Assembly: GCA_045863235.1 (NCBI GenBank)
Contig: BTUM01000033.1
Span: forward strand, 14,909 to 78,908
Length of the DNA stretch: 64,000 nt
DNA from: Candidatus Xenobia bacterium
GTDB taxonomy: Bacteria; Vulcanimicrobiota; Xenobia; Xenobiales; QWHO01
Direction of reading: 5' to 3'
Of this stretch, positions 38,215 to 48,460 are shown piece after piece. The notes beneath the pieces are model-generated. The model was given only the letters and a program-made list of their open reading frames with translations, did no database searches and had not been told where the DNA came from. Every line of letters begins with the position of its first letter. Position 1 is the first letter of the stretch. The translations under genes were made by a program, and so were the position numbers.

Positions 38215-40562
38215 CCCGTATCCTGGTGCTGGAAGACGACGCCAACATGCGCTCCATGCTCGAGCTGGTGCTGGAGAAAGAGGGCTACCAGGTGGAGGCG
38301 GTGGGCACCGGCCTCGAGGCGGTGCAGTGTGCCTCCCAGAGCGCCTTCGACCTGGTCATCGTGGACATCCGCATGGAGGGCATCGATGGCCTGGAAGCCC
38401 TGGCCCGAGTGCGCGAGCAGCAGCCCGAGGTGCGCAGCCTGGTGGTCACGGGCTACTCCACCGAGGCCGACTCGATCCGCGCCATCCGCCTGGGAGTGGG
38501 CGACTACCTCAAAAAGCCCTTCGACCTCAAGGAGTTTCTGGGGGCGGTGCGCCGCCTGCTGGTGGCCCGCCGTCAAGAGCAGGAACGAGCCGAGCACGAC
38601 CAGCGCCTGCGGGCCGGCCTGCTGCGCAGCACCGAGGCCCTGGCCCGCCTGCTGGATACCATGGGCCATCCCGGGCGACCCCAGCGAGGCCTGGTGGAAG
38701 CCGGGCGACTGGGCCAGCGGCTGGCCCACACCCGCGAGCTGCAGTCGGCCTCGGTCCAGGACGTGCAGCTGGCCGTGCTGCTGGCCGCCATCGGGGGGCT
38801 GGAGGGGGATCTCTACGAGCCCGCCCCCGAGGAGCTGCCGGCCAGCCTGGCCCTGGCCCTGCGCCACCTGGACGAGCGCTGGGACGGCCAGGGCGGGCCT
38901 GAGGGCCTGGCTGGAGCTTCCATCCCCCTCGAGTCGCGTCTGGCCGCACTGGCCCTGGCGGTGGCCCGGGGTCAAGAGCTGGAGCCAGGGCGGTTCGACC
39001 CCGATTGCGCCGCCCTGCTCGATCACCTGGCCCCCGCCCAGCGGCCCGGGACGGACACCGGTCAGGCGCTGCGAGGACTGTTGTCTCTGGGACGGGCCCT
39101 GGAGGAGGCCGGCGACGCCGCCGGGGCCGGTCAGGCCTACCAGGAGATCATCCTGAGCGGCAAGTCGAGCCGCGAGCGAGTCGAGGCCCACCTGGGGCTG
39201 GCCCGCCTGGCCTCCCCCGGACCCGAGCTCAACCGTCAGGCCCGCCTGGCCACCGAAGTGGCCGCCCAGCAGGGTCCATGGCTTTACGCCCGCACCCAGC
39301 TCAAAGCCGGGATGCTGCTCTGCCGCACCGGTCAAACCGAGGGCCCGGCACTCCTCGAGCAATCCTATCGCCTCTTCCGCGAGCTGCGCGACGCTCGCGG
39401 GGAAGCGCAGGCCCTCCTGTCGGCCCGCGTGCTGGGGCGAGTGGTCGTGGCTGACCCCTCCCTGCAGCAGGCTCTGACCACCCTGCTCGCCCCCGAGAAC
39501 GCCTGGGAGCTGGCGGGCTGCGCCCCGTGGCTGCTGCCGTTCCTGCTCGAGCGCCAGAACCAGGCTCCCGACCCGGTGCTGGCCCGGGCCCTGATCGGGC
39601 TGGCCCGAGACGCGCCCCGCGAGTACGAAGCCTGTTTGAGGAGCCTGGACGTCCCGGCCCGCACCACCGCTGTGACAGCCCTGGCTGAAGCGGGCGGCCC
39701 GGTGGCCGAGCGGGTACTGCTGGCGCTGGCGTCCGATCCGGCCCCCGAAGTGCGCGCGGCGGTGGATGCCGCCCGGCGTCGCCAGCTGGTGCAACGCACC
39801 CCTCCGGTGCTGCGCATCTTCACGCTGGGCCCGCTGGAAGTCTTCAAAGGCGAGGATCGTGTAAGCGACAAGAGCTGGCGCAGCCAGAAGGTACGCTACG
39901 TATTCGCCTACCTGGCCGCGGCCCGGGCCCAGCCGGTGGCCGAAGACCTCTTGATCGACGCCTTCTGGGCCGACGACTTCGAGAAGGGGCGACGCAACCT
40001 GTACTGGTGCAGCTCGATGCTCCGGGGCCTGCTGCGCCCCGACGGATGGCCCGACGAGCTGGACTACATCCTGCGCAGCGGCGGCTGCCTGCAGCTCAAC
40101 CCGACCCTGCCCCGCTGGCACGATCTCGAGGAGCTCGAGCGCGAGCTGGACGAGGGGGTGCGGCTGCGCGAGGCGGGCCAGAGCGCCCCGGCAGCCGAGT
40201 GCTTCCGGCGAGCCGTGGCGCTCTACCGGGCTCCCTTCCTGGAAGCGTCTTACATGGACTGGACCGACCCCATTCGCACCCGGGTCTCCGAGCGCGTGCT
40301 CGAGGCCCTGACCCAGCTGTTACGCTGGGCGAGCGAGGAAGGTCGCCATCAGGAGTGCCTGGACCACTCGCAGCGGGCGCTGCAGCTCGACCCCTGCCGT
40401 CAGGAGGCCTGCCAGGGCTCTCTGGAGAGCCTGCTGGCGCTGGGCAGGCCCGAGGAGGCGGTGCGCCTCTTCGAGTCCTTCCGGCGAACGCTGCACGAGG
40501 AGCTGGGACTGGAGCCCTCGGCCAGAATCCTGGCGCTCTCCGAGCAAGCCCGGGCCAGATAG
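38211..40562 (+). CDS. response regulator: REC + degenerate HD-GYP + TPR/HEAT + SARP (wHTH-BTAD)
   Basis: LVLEDD/DIRM/KP; ERWDGQGGPEGLAGASIPLESR; IFTLGPLEV, ALYRAPFLE, LQLDPCRQE, ELGLEPS. Confidence 0.88.
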   Translation: MTRILVLEDDANMRSMLELVLEKEGYQVEAVGTGLEAVQCASQSAFDLVIVDIRMEGIDGLEALARVREQQPEVRSLVVTGYSTEADSIRAIRLGVGDYLKKPFDLKEFLGAVRRLLVARRQEQERAEHDQRLRAGLLRSTEALARLLDTMGHPGRPQRGLVEAGRLGQRLAHTRELQSASVQDVQLAVLLAAIGGLEGDLYEPAPEELPASLALALRHLDERWDGQGGPEGLAGASIPLESRLAALALAVARGQELEPGRFDPDCAALLDHLAPAQRPGTDTGQALRGLLSLGRALEEAGDAAGAGQAYQEIILSGKSSRERVEAHLGLARLASPGPELNRQARLATEVAAQQGPWLYARTQLKAGMLLCRTGQTEGPALLEQSYRLFRELRDARGEAQALLSARVLGRVVVADPSLQQALTTLLAPENAWELAGCAPWLLPFLLERQNQAPDPVLARALIGLARDAPREYEACLRSLDVPARTTAVTALAEAGGPVAERVLLALASDPAPEVRAAVDAARRRQLVQRTPPVLRIFTLGPLEVFKGEDRVSDKSWRSQKVRYVFAYLAAARAQPVAEDLLIDAFWADDFEKGRRNLYWCSSMLRGLLRPDGWPDELDYILRSGGCLQLNPTLPRWHDLEELERELDEGVRLREAGQSAPAAECFRRAVALYRAPFLEASYMDWTDPIRTRVSERVLEALTQLLRWASEEGRHQECLDHSQRALQLDPCRQEACQGSLESLLALGRPEEAVRLFESFRRTLHEELGLEPSARILALSEQARAR

Positions 40563-40736
40563 AGCGGGTCGCGCTTCTCGGGGAAGAGCCAGCGCAGCAC
40601 CAGAACGATCAGGTCGAAGAGGACGAAGAGCACGAGGCCGGTGGTCAGCAGCATGTTTGTGGTCATGGCCTCACCAGAATAGGCCCGCGGCGGTCAGACG
40701 GCGGTCAAGATCCGGCCCGAGGGGGTCAAGAAGGCG

Positions 40737-42617
40737 TCAAAGGATCAGTCGCACGCCGCCCAGCGCGCTCAGTCGATGCGTGAACCGGTCGCCGGGCGTG
40801 CTGATGAACATGTAGTTCTTGGGCACGCGCAGCTTGCGCGAAAGGCGCTCGATCAGCTCGGGGCAGAAGGTCCCCTTGACGGCGATGAAGTCGATGCGAA
40901 GCTCGGAGTGGATCCGGTCGATGGTGTTGAGGTACTGGCCCAGCATGGGCGGGATCTTGGCCTCGTCCTCATAGACGTGGATGTAGATCAGGTGCTTGGT
41001 CTGCTCGTTGCGCATGACATACTCGGCCGCGTCGTTGAGACGCTCGAGGCTGTCTTCCTTGGTAAAGTAGATGATGGGCTGCTCGTTGATGCGCTTGACC
41101 GAATCCACGACGTACTGGCGGAAAACCAGGACCCGTTCGAGCACCGCTCGGAGCACCATCAAGATCAGCTTGAAGATCTGGATGCGTACGAACATGAGCG
41201 CCACAGCGAACAAAGTGACTGCAAAGTAAGCGGCAAAGACGCGCACGGCCTGATCGTTCATCAGCACGTTGCCCACGATGCCCGCGACCACCGCGGAGAT
41301 GGCCACAAACAGCGACCACCCCCCGGCCACGTACTCGCGTGGCAGGCGGCCGCGCTTGGCCTTGAGCAGGATGTTGCCCACCGCAAACAAGCCCATCACG
41401 CTGAGAAACGAGAGGGTATACACCCCGGCCAGCCGGCCCACGTCGCCCTGGGTGATCAACAGAATCGAACTGCACATCACGAAGAAGGAGAGGATGATCC
41501 AGTGATTGGTGCGGCGCCAGCGGTTCTCGTGCAACAAGATCTGGGGCAGGCAGCGGTCCAGCGCCATGCGGCGCATCAGCCCGGTCACGCCCACGTAGGA
41601 GGTCAGCACGGCGCCTGACAGCACCAGAACAGCATCCAGCGAAACCCACTGGGCCATGAACGGGCCCCAGGAGATGCCGCCCATGTCGGCCAGCAGATCG
41701 TGCTCGTGGGCCCGCATCTCGGCCACCGGTATCAAGCCCAGAGCCAGGAAGCTCAAGAGCGGATTGAAGATGGCCACGGCCAGCCACATGTTGCGCAGGG
41801 TCTTGGGAAAGACCCCCGGCTTTTGCTCCTCCACGAAGTTGGCTGAGCTCTCAAAGCCGCTGATGCCCAGCATGGCCGCGGCAAATCCGAAGAACAGGGC
41901 CTTGGCGATCCCATCGGGCGGCGGCGCGTGCAGATTGCTCCACAGCAGGCTGGGATACGAGATGACCGAGCCGGCGCAAACCAGGGCCAGGACAGTCATG
42001 GTGCCGATATGAAAGAAGAAGATGAAGACCGCCACCACGGCCGACTCGGTCATGCCCATGATATTGAGAAAAGCGAAAAGGCCCAGCAGGCAGATGGTTG
42101 CGACCAGCAGCACGGCCAGTGGGGGGTGGTCACCGGGTAGCAGGTTGGTGGCGTAGTGAATGGCCTCGTAGCCGCTGATCACGGCCGTGGCGACGTAGGA
42201 GAGCAGGGTCAGACAGGCGGCCATGGAGGCCCGAAACTTGCTGGTGGTATTCAGCAGGACGTTGTAAGCCCCGCCGTTGAGTGGCAGGGCTGAAACCACC
42301 TCATGGTAGATGCCCCGGAACAGATAGAGCAATCCAGCCACGAAGCCCAGCACCAGAGGCGCCAGCGGCCCGCCGTGGATGCAGGCCTGAGCCGAAACGT
42401 AGAGACAGCTGGAAGTGATGTCATTGCCGCAGATGGCGGTGGCCTTGACCTCGCCCAGCTTCTCTTGCAGCCCGCTGTCGAGGTGGTGGACCTCGATGGG
42501 CTCGCAGCCCAGATCGGTGATCTGGCGGGCGGTGCCGTAGCCGGCAAACTCGATCGACTTGTCGTCGAGCAGCGCCAGAACGCTGGCGCTATCACTTGTC
42601 TTCTTTTGCCTGACCAC
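40737..42617 (-). CDS. APC family amino acid permease
   Basis: GNDITSSCLY, LPLNGGAY, GISGFESSANF. Confidence 0.9.
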   Translation of the reverse strand: MVRQKKTSDSASVLALLDDKSIEFAGYGTARQITDLGCEPIEVHHLDSGLQEKLGEVKATAICGNDITSSCLYVSAQACIHGGPLAPLVLGFVAGLLYLFRGIYHEVVSALPLNGGAYNVLLNTTSKFRASMAACLTLLSYVATAVISGYEAIHYATNLLPGDHPPLAVLLVATICLLGLFAFLNIMGMTESAVVAVFIFFFHIGTMTVLALVCAGSVISYPSLLWSNLHAPPPDGIAKALFFGFAAAMLGISGFESSANFVEEQKPGVFPKTLRNMWLAVAIFNPLLSFLALGLIPVAEMRAHEHDLLADMGGISWGPFMAQWVSLDAVLVLSGAVLTSYVGVTGLMRRMALDRCLPQILLHENRWRRTNHWIILSFFVMCSSILLITQGDVGRLAGVYTLSFLSVMGLFAVGNILLKAKRGRLPREYVAGGWSLFVAISAVVAGIVGNVLMNDQAVRVFAAYFAVTLFAVALMFVRIQIFKLILMVLRAVLERVLVFRQYVVDSVKRINEQPIIYFTKEDSLERLNDAAEYVMRNEQTKHLIYIHVYEDEAKIPPMLGQYLNTIDRIHSELRIDFIAVKGTFCPELIERLSRKLRVPKNYMFISTPGDRFTHRLSALGGVRLIL

Positions 42618-42755
42618 GTTGGGGCCGTCTCTTCCCGATTGGTGCGTGGATTCCTAGGTTCAAGATGGGGATCTCCACGCACAAGATACTGGGTAGGCGG
42701 CCGGGTCCCAGGCCTCTTCGGCCGCGCCTCTGAGAACTCCGGCCGCAGGCCCCAA

Positions 42756-43373
42756 TCAACGCTCCCGAGGAACAGCCAGTAGCTCGAGGAACATTTCCAG
42801 CATCTGCGATTGCTCGCGGGTGAGTTTGAGCCCCCGGGCCGCATCGGCCGCCCCTTCGGCCCGCTGGCGCAGGCTGTCGAGCAGTGGGCCGGCCTGGCTC
42901 AAGATCAGGTCCTCGGCCCGGCTCATCTGCTCGGGGGATAGCTCCACCCCGGCCAGAGCTTCGAGCTGCTCGCGGCTGAGCACCTCGGTCAGCATGTCCC
43001 GGTAGCCCTCGCGGCCTCCCTCCAGCCCACGGTCGAGGGCCAGCTCCATGAGGTCGAAAAGCTGGTCGCGCGAGATGCGAAAGGTGCGCATGCGCTGCTC
43101 TTGCTCGGGGGTCAGCCGGACCAGCTCGAGGAACTCGCTGGCCAGTCCGTAGCCCTCCTGGTCCGGCCTGAGAAAGTCGGCCAGGCCGCGAAGTTGCTCG
43201 GGGTCGGGCGCCAGGCCTTCCAGGCGGCCTTCTCGGGCTTGCTGCAGGATCATCCGGACAATGTCCATCATCACCTGCGTTTGAGAGGAGTCCTCGGTCG
43301 GTTGGGCCGGAGCCGGAGCCATCAGCCAGAGCAAAAGCACGAAACCTGTGAGAAAGCGACGCAATGTCTTCAC
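42756..43373 (-). CDS. exported helical hypothetical protein
   Basis: GGAGG RBS, Sec signal, LTPEQ/LSREQ repeats. Confidence 0.7.
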   Translation of the reverse strand: MKTLRRFLTGFVLLLWLMAPAPAQPTEDSSQTQVMMDIVRMILQQAREGRLEGLAPDPEQLRGLADFLRPDQEGYGLASEFLELVRLTPEQEQRMRTFRISRDQLFDLMELALDRGLEGGREGYRDMLTEVLSREQLEALAGVELSPEQMSRAEDLILSQAGPLLDSLRQRAEGAADAARGLKLTREQSQMLEMFLELLAVPRER

Positions 43374-43422
43374 CTCCCGAGAGAAGTTCGCCGACCGGGG
43401 ACCGGTTCCTCGAACCCGATCA

Positions 43423-45111
43423 TCAGTCGCTGAGTGGTCGCAGCCGACGCCGATCACGATAAGGGCGGATCGTGGCCGTGTGACCGCTCTGAATCTGCTG
43501 TTGCACCTCGCGCCAGAAGGCGGGCCGGAACAGAGCGTCGTGGTGAGCCACGAAAACCTCGCGATAGAGCCCCTGCAAGCCCAGGTAGCGGCGGAACTCC
43601 TCGGGGAACGTGTCGTGCGGGCCGACATAACTTGACTGGGTGCCGTACTCGTCGGTGTCGGGCAACTCGCGGATATGGCAGTCGGTCACCAGGCAGATCT
43701 CATCGTAATCATAGAACACCACCCGCCCGTTGCGGGTCACACCGAAGTTCTTCAAGAGCAGATCTCCGGGGAAGATGTTGGCCCGAGCCAAGTCCTTGAT
43801 GCAGGAGCCGTAGTCTCGCACGGCATCGATGACGCTCTCGACGCTCTCCTCTTTCACGAAAAGGTTCAGGGGCGTGACCTTGCGTTCTGCGTAAAGGTGC
43901 TTCACGGTCACCCGATCGCCCTCCACCACCACGGTCTGAGCCGCCACAGAGAGCAACTCCTCGAGACACTCCTCGGTAAACCGGCTCTTCTCGAATTCCA
44001 GAAACACGAATTCGTGTGCGTCCACCATGCGCCCCACCTTGTCGTGATGAAAGACCAGTTCGTAGCTCTGCAGCACCTGGGCCCGGGTGGTGGTCTTGGG
44101 GTAAGCGAAGCGATCCTTGATCAGCTTGAACACGACGTCGAAAGTGGGCAGAGTAAAGACGGTCATGACCATCCCCTTCTCTCCCCGAGCCAGCTCGAAA
44201 CGCTCGTCGCTCGTTTCCAGGTGCTGGAGGAGGTCGCGGTAGAGAAGCGTCTTGCCGTGCTTGTTGTAGCCCAGCGAGGTGTAGAGCTCGCTTTTCCGCT
44301 TGAGGGGCATGACCGACTTGAGAAACAGCACCAGCGCCCCCGGCGTGCTGGTCTCGACCTGAAAGTGGGAGCGGGTGAAACTGAAGATGATACTCACCTC
44401 GGAAGGAACCGTGATGAGCGCGTCCACGGCCAGCTCTCCTTCGCGATTGGTCAGAACCAACACCAGGGGCAAGAGCTGGGAACCGGCCACGATGCGGCCC
44501 ACCAGGTAGGCCCCCTTGTCTCGAAAAAACGGCGCGGGAAGCATCTCGACCGACTCCCATGAGCCTGGAAGCTGCTTTCTCAACTGGCCGGCGGCCAGCC
44601 GGCAATCATACTCCGGATGCCGGAAGCGCAAGCCCAGCTGATACCCGTCCAGAATGGCCCGGATCAGCTCGATGTCGTCGAGATCTCGGTAAGTCTTGAC
44701 CCCGGGAATGTCATCATCGACGGCCGGCTCCTCCGAGGCCACGAACATGACCTCGGGGTCCACGCTGGCCTGATGGAAGAAGCGGCGAACGAGGGAGTTG
44801 TAGAAGGTCTCCTTCAGCTCAGGGTCGCTCGAGCCGGCGCACTCCTGGCGGTAGATCGCTTTGAGCTCGATCCAGAGAGCTTTGTAGCGCACGGCCGTTC
44901 CGGCATCTTCTTCCAGGTGGTCCTGCAGGGAATCGATATGGTGAGCGTAGAGCTCGAGCCGCTCGCTGGAGTCGGCCAGGGCTCCGGCCCAGTCACACTC
45001 GGCGAATCGCCCGCGAGCGCGCCGAGTGATCTCCTGAAAGCGCTGATCGTAGACTTGGAACTCGTGCAGGATGCGCTGAGCGCACTGGCGGGCCAGGACG
45101 GCAGTGGTCAC
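43423..45111 (-). CDS. aceK: isocitrate dehydrogenase kinase/phosphatase
   Basis: ETFYNS, SFTRSHF, KHGKT, GEKGMVM, NIFPGDLLLKNFGVTR.GRVVFYDYDEI. Confidence 0.95.
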   Translation of the reverse strand: MTTAVLARQCAQRILHEFQVYDQRFQEITRRARGRFAECDWAGALADSSERLELYAHHIDSLQDHLEEDAGTAVRYKALWIELKAIYRQECAGSSDPELKETFYNSLVRRFFHQASVDPEVMFVASEEPAVDDDIPGVKTYRDLDDIELIRAILDGYQLGLRFRHPEYDCRLAAGQLRKQLPGSWESVEMLPAPFFRDKGAYLVGRIVAGSQLLPLVLVLTNREGELAVDALITVPSEVSIIFSFTRSHFQVETSTPGALVLFLKSVMPLKRKSELYTSLGYNKHGKTLLYRDLLQHLETSDERFELARGEKGMVMTVFTLPTFDVVFKLIKDRFAYPKTTTRAQVLQSYELVFHHDKVGRMVDAHEFVFLEFEKSRFTEECLEELLSVAAQTVVVEGDRVTVKHLYAERKVTPLNLFVKEESVESVIDAVRDYGSCIKDLARANIFPGDLLLKNFGVTRNGRVVFYDYDEICLVTDCHIRELPDTDEYGTQSSYVGPHDTFPEEFRRYLGLQGLYREVFVAHHDALFRPAFWREVQQQIQSGHTATIRPYRDRRRLRPLSD

Positions 45112-45185
45112 AGCTGCCTGTTTGCGGGAGGCCTGTTAACATCCTGTCTCTGCCACCAGATGCTCATCCGGTCTAGAATCCAGCC

Positions 45186-45758
45186 ATGAGAACCATGCTT
45201 TTGTGGCTCTGCCTGGCGCTTCCCAGCCTGGCCCAGAGTGCTCTTTACGTCAACTTTACCCACAGCCGGGTGGAAGGGGGGGCTCCCCTGGAGGGGATGG
45301 TGGCCAGCAACGCCCCGGCCCCGCCGGAGGGCCTGATGGTGGAGCTTGCGGCCGAGCCGGGAGTGAATCTTCCCGAGCGGGTGTTCATCGAGCCGGGTCG
45401 TAAACTGACCCGATTTCCCATCGAAACCATGGCGGTCGGGCGCAGCCAGTCCGTCCGCATCGTGGCCCGGGTGGGCTCGATTACGGGAGCCAACACCCTG
45501 CATCTCACTCCGATCGGAGTCGAGCTGGTCCGTAACAAGCCCACCGGCCTGACCCTGTTTCAGCAGCAGATCCAGCCTGGCTACGAGTATCAATATTATG
45601 ATGACTTCGGGTCGCCCACTTTCTCAATCCCTTGCCCTGGCAAGGTGCTCGACTGCCCGCGCCCGACGACTCCAGCCGGGGTGATCGACCACCGACCCTG
45701 CCCGCCCATCAGGATGGACAGTCAGGGCTTTCCGGTCAACAATCCGATCCTGCGCTGA
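45186..45758 (+). CDS. exported hypothetical protein
   Basis: Sec signal; TAGAAT 6 nt upstream of ATG. Confidence 0.7.
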   Translation: MRTMLLWLCLALPSLAQSALYVNFTHSRVEGGAPLEGMVASNAPAPPEGLMVELAAEPGVNLPERVFIEPGRKLTRFPIETMAVGRSQSVRIVARVGSITGANTLHLTPIGVELVRNKPTGLTLFQQQIQPGYEYQYYDDFGSPTFSIPCPGKVLDCPRPTTPAGVIDHRPCPPIRMDSQGFPVNNPILR

Positions 45759-45821
45759 CACGAGGATTCCGCCCACAACCCACGAACGGCCCCAGGAATC
45801 TGTCCAAGGAGGGCCGTCGTC

Positions 45822-46901
45822 CTGGGTATCCCCAACTTGCAACAACTGGTGACCGAAATGGTTCGCCTGAAAGGCTCCGACCTGCACATTTCGGCTCTGC
45901 AGCTACCCATCATTCGCCTCGAGGGGTTGCTGCACCGACTTCCCTATGAGGTCCTGGAGCCTGACGACACGGCCGCCATCATCACTCCCCACCTCAATGA
46001 GAACCAGCTGCGCGAGCTCGGAGCCAAGCAGTCGGTCGACCTCATCCTGGAGATGGCCACGGAGTATGGCGAGCATCGCTTGCGCGTCAATGTCTTCGTG
46101 CAATCCTACGGGCTGGATGCGGTGTTGCGATTGATCCCGGACACCCCTCCCGATATCGAAACGCTGGGGTTGCCCAAAGGCATCGAGGAGCTGGTCTTCC
46201 ACCGTCAGGGCATCGTGCTCGTGACCGGACCGAGCGGTTGCGGCAAGACCACCACCCTGGCCGCCATCATCAACCATCTCAACAAGAACCGTGCCCGCCA
46301 CGTAGTGACCCTGGAAGATCCGATCGAGTATCTGCACCAGCCCATCAAGTCCATTGTCAGCCAGCGCCAGGTGGGCACTCACACCGAAAGCTTCCAGTCC
46401 GGCTTGCGCTCGGCCCTGCGCGACGCGCCCGACGTGATTCTGGTGGGTGAGCTTCGCGACCTGGAGACCTTCTCGATGGCCATGACGGCCGCCGAGACCG
46501 GCCACGTGGTGCTGGCCACGCTGCACACCTCCAACGCTTCCAGCACCATTGAACGTGTCATCGGCAGCTTCCCGCCCGGGCAGCAGGGCCTGATCCGCGT
46601 GATGCTGGCCGACTCGCTCAAGGGCATCATCAGCCAGTATCTCCTGCCGCGAGCCCAGGGCAAGGGTCGAGTGGTGGCCGCCGAGGTCATGTACTGCACC
46701 CCGGCCATCTCCAACCTGATCCGTGAGGCGCGCACCTTCCAGATTCCGGGCACCATCGAAACCAGCAAGGCACTGGGCATGCAGCTGATGGACGCTTCCT
46801 TGCTCGATTTGCTGCAAGCCGGCGAGATCTCGGCCCGAACGGCCTATACCAAAGCCAATAACAAGTCCCGATTCGAGGACTTTCTGGAGTGGACAGCGTG
46901 A
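45822..46901 (+). CDS. pilT: PilT/PilU family retraction ATPase (possible CTG start)
   Basis: GSDLHI, GPSGCGKTTT, TLEDPIE, GELRD, TLHT, AISNLIRE. Confidence 0.92.
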   Translation: MGIPNLQQLVTEMVRLKGSDLHISALQLPIIRLEGLLHRLPYEVLEPDDTAAIITPHLNENQLRELGAKQSVDLILEMATEYGEHRLRVNVFVQSYGLDAVLRLIPDTPPDIETLGLPKGIEELVFHRQGIVLVTGPSGCGKTTTLAAIINHLNKNRARHVVTLEDPIEYLHQPIKSIVSQRQVGTHTESFQSGLRSALRDAPDVILVGELRDLETFSMAMTAAETGHVVLATLHTSNASSTIERVIGSFPPGQQGLIRVMLADSLKGIISQYLLPRAQGKGRVVAAEVMYCTPAISNLIREARTFQIPGTIETSKALGMQLMDASLLDLLQAGEISARTAYTKANNKSRFEDFLEWTA

Positions 46902-48367
46902 GCGATCAAAACAACCCCGACGTCTCCCCCGACCGGCCCAAGCCGAAGGCGCCCTCGCCGCACTTTGCCAATTTTCTGGACTCGTTGACGCCTGGTGGAG
47001 GCAAGGCTCCCCCCGCGCCGGCGGCCGCGCCCCCTCCCCCGGCAGCGGCCGCCCCTCCGGCGGAAGCACCGCCTGCGCCTGCGGTGGCCCCTCCGGCGGC
47101 GGTCGCTCCTCCGGCAGCCGTCGCCCCCCCGTCGGCAGCGCCGCCGGCGGCGGTTCCGGCTCGCCTGGAGATGGCTCCGAGGAGCGCAGCTGCAGCAGTG
47201 CCTCCTCCCCCGCCTCCCAAGCCGGCTGCTGCGCCGGTGCCCAGCGCCCCCTCCAAGTCAGGGCTGGTCAAATCCAAGGTCCAGAAGTCGATGCCAGCGC
47301 TGCTCAGCCTGCTCGAGGAGATGCTGGAGCGAAAGTCCTCCGACATCTACCTCTGCTCGGGCCTGATTCCCCGTTTTCGCGTCTATGGCGACGTGGTGCC
47401 CGGCACCGGTCCGCCCACCGACATGCAGTTCATGCGCGAGCTGGTCTCGCACATGCTCAACGAGGAGAGCGAGGCGCGCTTTTATGCCGAGGGCGACTTC
47501 GACCTGGCCCACGCCGAGCCGGGCCTGGACGCTCGCTTCCGCGTCAACCTCTACAAGCAGCGCTACGGGGTGGGAGCCGTCTTCCGTCACATCCCCACCC
47601 ACATTCCGCGTCTGGACGACCTGTTGCTGCCTCCCGCCGTGCACGAGTTCCTGGACATCGGCCAGGGCCTGATCATCGTCACCGGGCCCACCGGCAACGG
47701 CAAGACCACCACGCTCGCCGCCCTGATGACGGCTCTGGCCAACGCCAAGCCGCTTCACATCATGACCATCGAGAATCCGATCGAGTTCGTGCTCAAGTCG
47801 GACGTCTCCAAGATCGTGCAGCGCGAAGTCGGCACCCACACGCCCGAGTTCGACCAGGCCCTCAAAGACGCCATGCGTGAAGACATCGACGTCTTGATGG
47901 TAGGCGAGCTGCGCGACCTGGAAACCATCGCGCAGGCCCTGAAGGCAGCGGAAATGGGACTGCTGGTCTTCGCCACCCTGCACACTCCCAACGCCCCCAA
48001 GGCCATCAGCCGTATCATCGACGTGTTCCCGGGCGAAGAGCAAGACCAGGTGCGCACCCAGCTTTCCGACAACCTGCGGGCCGTACTGGCCCAGCAGCTT
48101 GTGCTCAAGGCCGAGGGGCCGGGGCGACTGGCCTGCGGCGAGCTGATGCTGGCCTCACCCAGCCTCTCCTACCTGATTCGCGAAGGCAAGACCAACCAGA
48201 TCCACAGCTCGATCCAGACCGGCCGCGAGCAGGGAATGGTCACCATGGACCAGTCCCTCATCACCCACTACCTCGAGGGGCGCATCTCCCTGGACGAGCT
48301 GTTCGACAAGTGCCACCGGCGCGACGAAGTGATCGCCCAGGGCATCCAGCCTCCTCCCGGCAAGTAG
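46898..48367 (+). CDS. second PilT/PilU family ATPase with Pro/Ala-rich N-terminal extension
   Basis: GPTGNGKTTT, TIENPIE, GELRD, TLHT, YLIREGK. Confidence 0.9.
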   Translation: MSDQNNPDVSPDRPKPKAPSPHFANFLDSLTPGGGKAPPAPAAAPPPPAAAAPPAEAPPAPAVAPPAAVAPPAAVAPPSAAPPAAVPARLEMAPRSAAAAVPPPPPPKPAAAPVPSAPSKSGLVKSKVQKSMPALLSLLEEMLERKSSDIYLCSGLIPRFRVYGDVVPGTGPPTDMQFMRELVSHMLNEESEARFYAEGDFDLAHAEPGLDARFRVNLYKQRYGVGAVFRHIPTHIPRLDDLLLPPAVHEFLDIGQGLIIVTGPTGNGKTTTLAALMTALANAKPLHIMTIENPIEFVLKSDVSKIVQREVGTHTPEFDQALKDAMREDIDVLMVGELRDLETIAQALKAAEMGLLVFATLHTPNAPKAISRIIDVFPGEEQDQVRTQLSDNLRAVLAQQLVLKAEGPGRLACGELMLASPSLSYLIREGKTNQIHSSIQTGREQGMVTMDQSLITHYLEGRISLDELFDKCHRRDEVIAQGIQPPPGK

Positions 48368-48460
48368 CCCGGTTTTTGGCCCCATTCTGCGGTTAGGGAA
48401 CGCCCTCCCTCTCCCGGGTGGTCAGCCTGCCATTTGGCTGCTACCCTGAAGGGGCAGGGT

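Noticed and set aside
40400..40666. 88-aa ORF with one TM helix
   Set aside because: The first ~35 codons look plausible (TATTCT upstream), but the rest overlaps the regulator antisense by 163 nt; too uncertain to call.
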